From: a candidate division FCPU426 bacterium
GTDB lineage: Bacteria > Oederibacteriota > Muellerivitia > Muellerivitales > Muellerivitaceae
Direction of reading: 5' to 3'
DNA: 64,000 bases
Assembly: GCA_963796105.1 (NCBI GenBank)
Contig: CAWCKJ010000003.1
Span: 192,001-256,000, forward strand
In this document: one piece after another, positions 61,364-64,000 of the stretch
Numbering within the stretch: position 1 is the first letter of the stretch
Layout of the letters: each line of letters opens with the position of its first letter
Program-made: the position numbers and the translations under genes
The notes under the pieces: model-generated
Told to the model about the DNA's origin: nothing
Databases searched by the model: none
The model's input: only the letters and a program-made list of their open reading frames with translations

Positions 61364-63244
61364 ATGAAAAAGAAAGTCCCTTTTCTAAAGGAAAATATTT
61401 TAGCCGAATTGATCAGCCGGTCTCTTTTTGTCGGCGTCATCATATTATTTGTGTATGGGGGTTTCGCTTATTACGTTTCGAAGAAAACCTTCGACTCCGC
61501 CATGGGGGACCGGCTCTTAGCCATCGCTCGATTAACCGCCGGCCAGACACAACCCGATTGGCTGCCTTACCTCGAGGGTAAAGGGGAGCTTTATGAGAAA
61601 TACCGTTCTTTCTTGCGGCAAAAAAAACTCGAAAGCCAGGCCAAAAACATATTTTTAATGGATTTTGACGGACGGGTTCTTGTTGACGCTAACGGTCTCT
61701 ACAACTTCAAGGAAATCAATTGGCTGAGGGACCTGGACACGGTTCCGTTTCAAGCGGCCTTGAAGGGCGTTCCCGGCACATCCATCCTGTTTCGGGAAAC
61801 AGACGGCGGGATTTACAAAATCGGCTACGCTCCCATCTATGACAAGAATAATAAAATAACGGCGTTGCTCGGGGTGGAGGCCAGCGCCAACTTCATTGAG
61901 GGGTTGAATCAGTTCGCCGAGATATTATTTTATTTCGGCATGCTTTGTCTCCTGTTAATGGGCGGCTTGGTTTACGCGTTCGGCAGGAAATTCATCTCAC
62001 CGATCAAGGAAATGGCCGCCGCGTCCCTTAAAATCGCGGAAGGGGATTTCAGCCCGCGGGTAAAGGTGACGTCCTCCAATGAACTCGGAGCCCTCGCCAA
62101 CGCCTTCAACGAGATGGCCAAGGGCCTTGAAAGCCACAATGAGTACATTTTGGAAAGCATGTCCAACGGACTTTTAGTCCTGGATTTAAAAGGCCACGTC
62201 ACCACTTTTAACCGGGCTGCCTGCAATATTCTGGGCAAGGAGCAGAAAAATGTTTTGGGTTTATCTTACGAAGGGGTCTTTAGAGACCAACCGGTTTTTC
62301 TGAACGCGCTCAAGGCCGCTCACCAAGAACACCGCCATCACGTGGATCACGAAATCACCCTTTCGGATGAATCGCCCAAAATCCTCAGGCTCCGAAGCGC
62401 CCCCTTGTTGGGTCCCGACGGACAGGAGTTGGGCACGGAGGTGTTGTTTAACGATGAAACCCAGCTTTGGAAATTAAGAGCTGAGATTAAGAACTCCGAA
62501 AAAATGGCGACCATCGGGGAACTGGCAGCCGGCATCGCCCATGAAATTAGGAATCCCTTGGGCGCGATGAAGGGGTTCGCTGAAATCCTTCAAAAGAAGC
62601 TCGATTCGCATCCCGAAGCCCGTGAAATGGTAACGGATATCGCCTCTGAAATTGAGATTTTGAATAAAATCGTGACTAATTTCCTTACGTTCGCGAAACC
62701 CATGAACCTGGAAATGCAGGAAGCCGACCTGACTGAGGTCATAAAGGGGTTGCTTCCCATTGTCCGAAAAGAGGCCCAGCAGAAAAAAATAACTATCAAG
62801 TTCATTCCCCACGGTGATATCCAGGCCAGAATGGACATTGAGCAGTTTCGAAGAGTGGTATTGAATCTCGCCTTGAACGCCGTCCAAGCCTCTTTCAAGG
62901 GCGGGGAAGTGTCCATTTCAACCAGGAAATTCTCATTGCTAGAGCTTAGGAGTTACTTGGAGGACCAGGGACTACGGGATATAGTCCCAAAAACCACGGA
63001 AGTTTCCTGGTGCTGCGTTTGTGTCGAGGATGACGGGCCCGGCATAGCTCCGGAGCATCTTCAAAGGCTATTCACCCCTTTTTTTACGACCAAGTCCGAG
63101 GGCTTCGGATTGGGACTCTCCATCACCCGAAAAATCATGGAACCCATGGGGGGCAGTGTCGCGGGAAATAACAAACCGGAAGGCGGAGCGGTGTTTCTGG
63201 CACTTTTACCGGCAATTGAAATTATGAAGGAGGCTGAATCGTGA
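61364..63244 (+). CDS. Sensor histidine kinase (periplasmic sensor, HAMP, PAS, HisKA, HATPase)
   Basis: ELGALANAFNEM, AGIAHEIRNPL, NLALNA, DDGPGI, PFFTTK, GFGLGL. Confidence 0.93.
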   Translation: MKKKVPFLKENILAELISRSLFVGVIILFVYGGFAYYVSKKTFDSAMGDRLLAIARLTAGQTQPDWLPYLEGKGELYEKYRSFLRQKKLESQAKNIFLMDFDGRVLVDANGLYNFKEINWLRDLDTVPFQAALKGVPGTSILFRETDGGIYKIGYAPIYDKNNKITALLGVEASANFIEGLNQFAEILFYFGMLCLLLMGGLVYAFGRKFISPIKEMAAASLKIAEGDFSPRVKVTSSNELGALANAFNEMAKGLESHNEYILESMSNGLLVLDLKGHVTTFNRAACNILGKEQKNVLGLSYEGVFRDQPVFLNALKAAHQEHRHHVDHEITLSDESPKILRLRSAPLLGPDGQELGTEVLFNDETQLWKLRAEIKNSEKMATIGELAAGIAHEIRNPLGAMKGFAEILQKKLDSHPEAREMVTDIASEIEILNKIVTNFLTFAKPMNLEMQEADLTEVIKGLLPIVRKEAQQKKITIKFIPHGDIQARMDIEQFRRVVLNLALNAVQASFKGGEVSISTRKFSLLELRSYLEDQGLRDIVPKTTEVSWCCVCVEDDGPGIAPEHLQRLFTPFFTTKSEGFGLGLSITRKIMEPMGGSVAGNNKPEGGAVFLALLPAIEIMKEAES

Positions 63245-64000
63245 GCACTTTATTATTGGTGGATGATAAATCAAGCATGCGGAAGGTCCTGCGCCAAACA
63301 TTGGAATCGGAGCAAGTCATGATCCTTGAGGCCGAGGACGGGGAAAAAGCCGTTGAGATCATTAAAACTAAACACGTGGATCTGGTCATCACGGACATAA
63401 AAATGCCCCGCATGGATGGAATGGCCCTGCTCAAAATGATCAAGGAAACGGACGCGGAAATAGTCGTGATTATCATGACCGCCTACGGAACCATCGAAAC
63501 GGCAGTCGAGGCCATGAAATTGGGGGCCTATGACTACATCACGAAACCTTTTTCGACGGAACAAGTCAAGCTGACAGTCGATAAGGCAATTGAGCGCCAA
63601 AAGTTGCTTTATGAGAACAAATACCTTCGTGAAAAGCTGAATGACCAATACAACTATAAGCGCATCATCGGCAACAGCTCCAATATGCAGCCCGTATATG
63701 AGTTAATCGACAAAGTCGCGCCGACGGACACCGCCGTTCTTATCCGGGGGGATTCCGGCACGGGAAAAGAGCTGGTGGCGCACGCGATTCATTTCAACAG
63801 CAGGAGGAAGGACGGCCCCTTCATCAAAGTGAACTGCGCCGTTTTAGCCGAGGGGGTCTTGGAAAGCGAGCTGTTCGGCCATGAGAAAGGGTCCTTTACC
63901 GGCGCGGCGGGGAAAAGGATCGGCAGGTTTGAGCTGGCCAACGGAGGCTCGATCTTTCTTGATGAAATCGGGGATATCAGCCCCTCCACCCAAGTCAAGC
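63241..64000 (+). CDS. Sigma54-dependent NtrC-family response regulator (runs off the window end)
   Basis: GTGA overlap with the kinase stop; translates MSTLLLVDDKSSMR..ITDIKMPRMDG..GDSGTGKE..ESELFGHEKGSFTGA..FLDEIG; absent from the ORF track because there is no stop in the window. Confidence 0.93.
   Translation, partial: MSTLLLVDDKSSMRKVLRQTLESEQVMILEAEDGEKAVEIIKTKHVDLVITDIKMPRMDGMALLKMIKETDAEIVVIIMTAYGTIETAVEAMKLGAYDYITKPFSTEQVKLTVDKAIERQKLLYENKYLREKLNDQYNYKRIIGNSSNMQPVYELIDKVAPTDTAVLIRGDSGTGKELVAHAIHFNSRRKDGPFIKVNCAVLAEGVLESELFGHEKGSFTGAAGKRIGRFELANGGSIFLDEIGDISPSTQVK

Overview
Mostly core chromosome of a Gram-negative (diderm) bacterium. It is probably from a poorly characterised lineage; the Thr/Pro-rich secreted proteins and FlgD/T9SS-type C-terminal domain suggest groups such as FCPU426 or Goldbacteria, but this is inference only. 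The first ~5 kb is accessory DNA. It holds a HExxH protein fragment and a ~900 bp compound array of four tandem-repeat blocks, two of which share a CAACCCAGT core. The array abuts a REP-associated HUH (Y1) transposase gene bracketed by perfect 28-bp inverted repeats, which is followed by two tandem secreted paralogs and a truncated SpoIID-like gene. Next come yjbQ, a 2Fe-2S ferredoxin, tmRNA with a duplicated 3' end around a small structured insert, nadB, a skp-lpxD-lpxC/fabZ-lpxA-lpxI operon and lptFG. Divergent from lptFG is a 2017-aa SprA-like (type IX secretion translocon) gene with an N-terminal Fn3 fusion, followed by a 1618-aa Fn3-repeat protein with a T9SS/FlgD-like C-terminal domain. 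The rest contains comF, gap-nfeD-SPFH-pgk-tpiA-secG, two LacI regulators, lnt, argC, tRNA-Glu, a cyclophilin and a CBM9/clan-A glycoside hydrolase. It ends with a TPR/coiled-coil protein, two GT-C-like TPR membrane proteins, two paralogous Cys-rich lipoproteins, uvrB, uvrC and a sigma54-type two-component pair. All calls come from motif recognition by eye; no searches were run.
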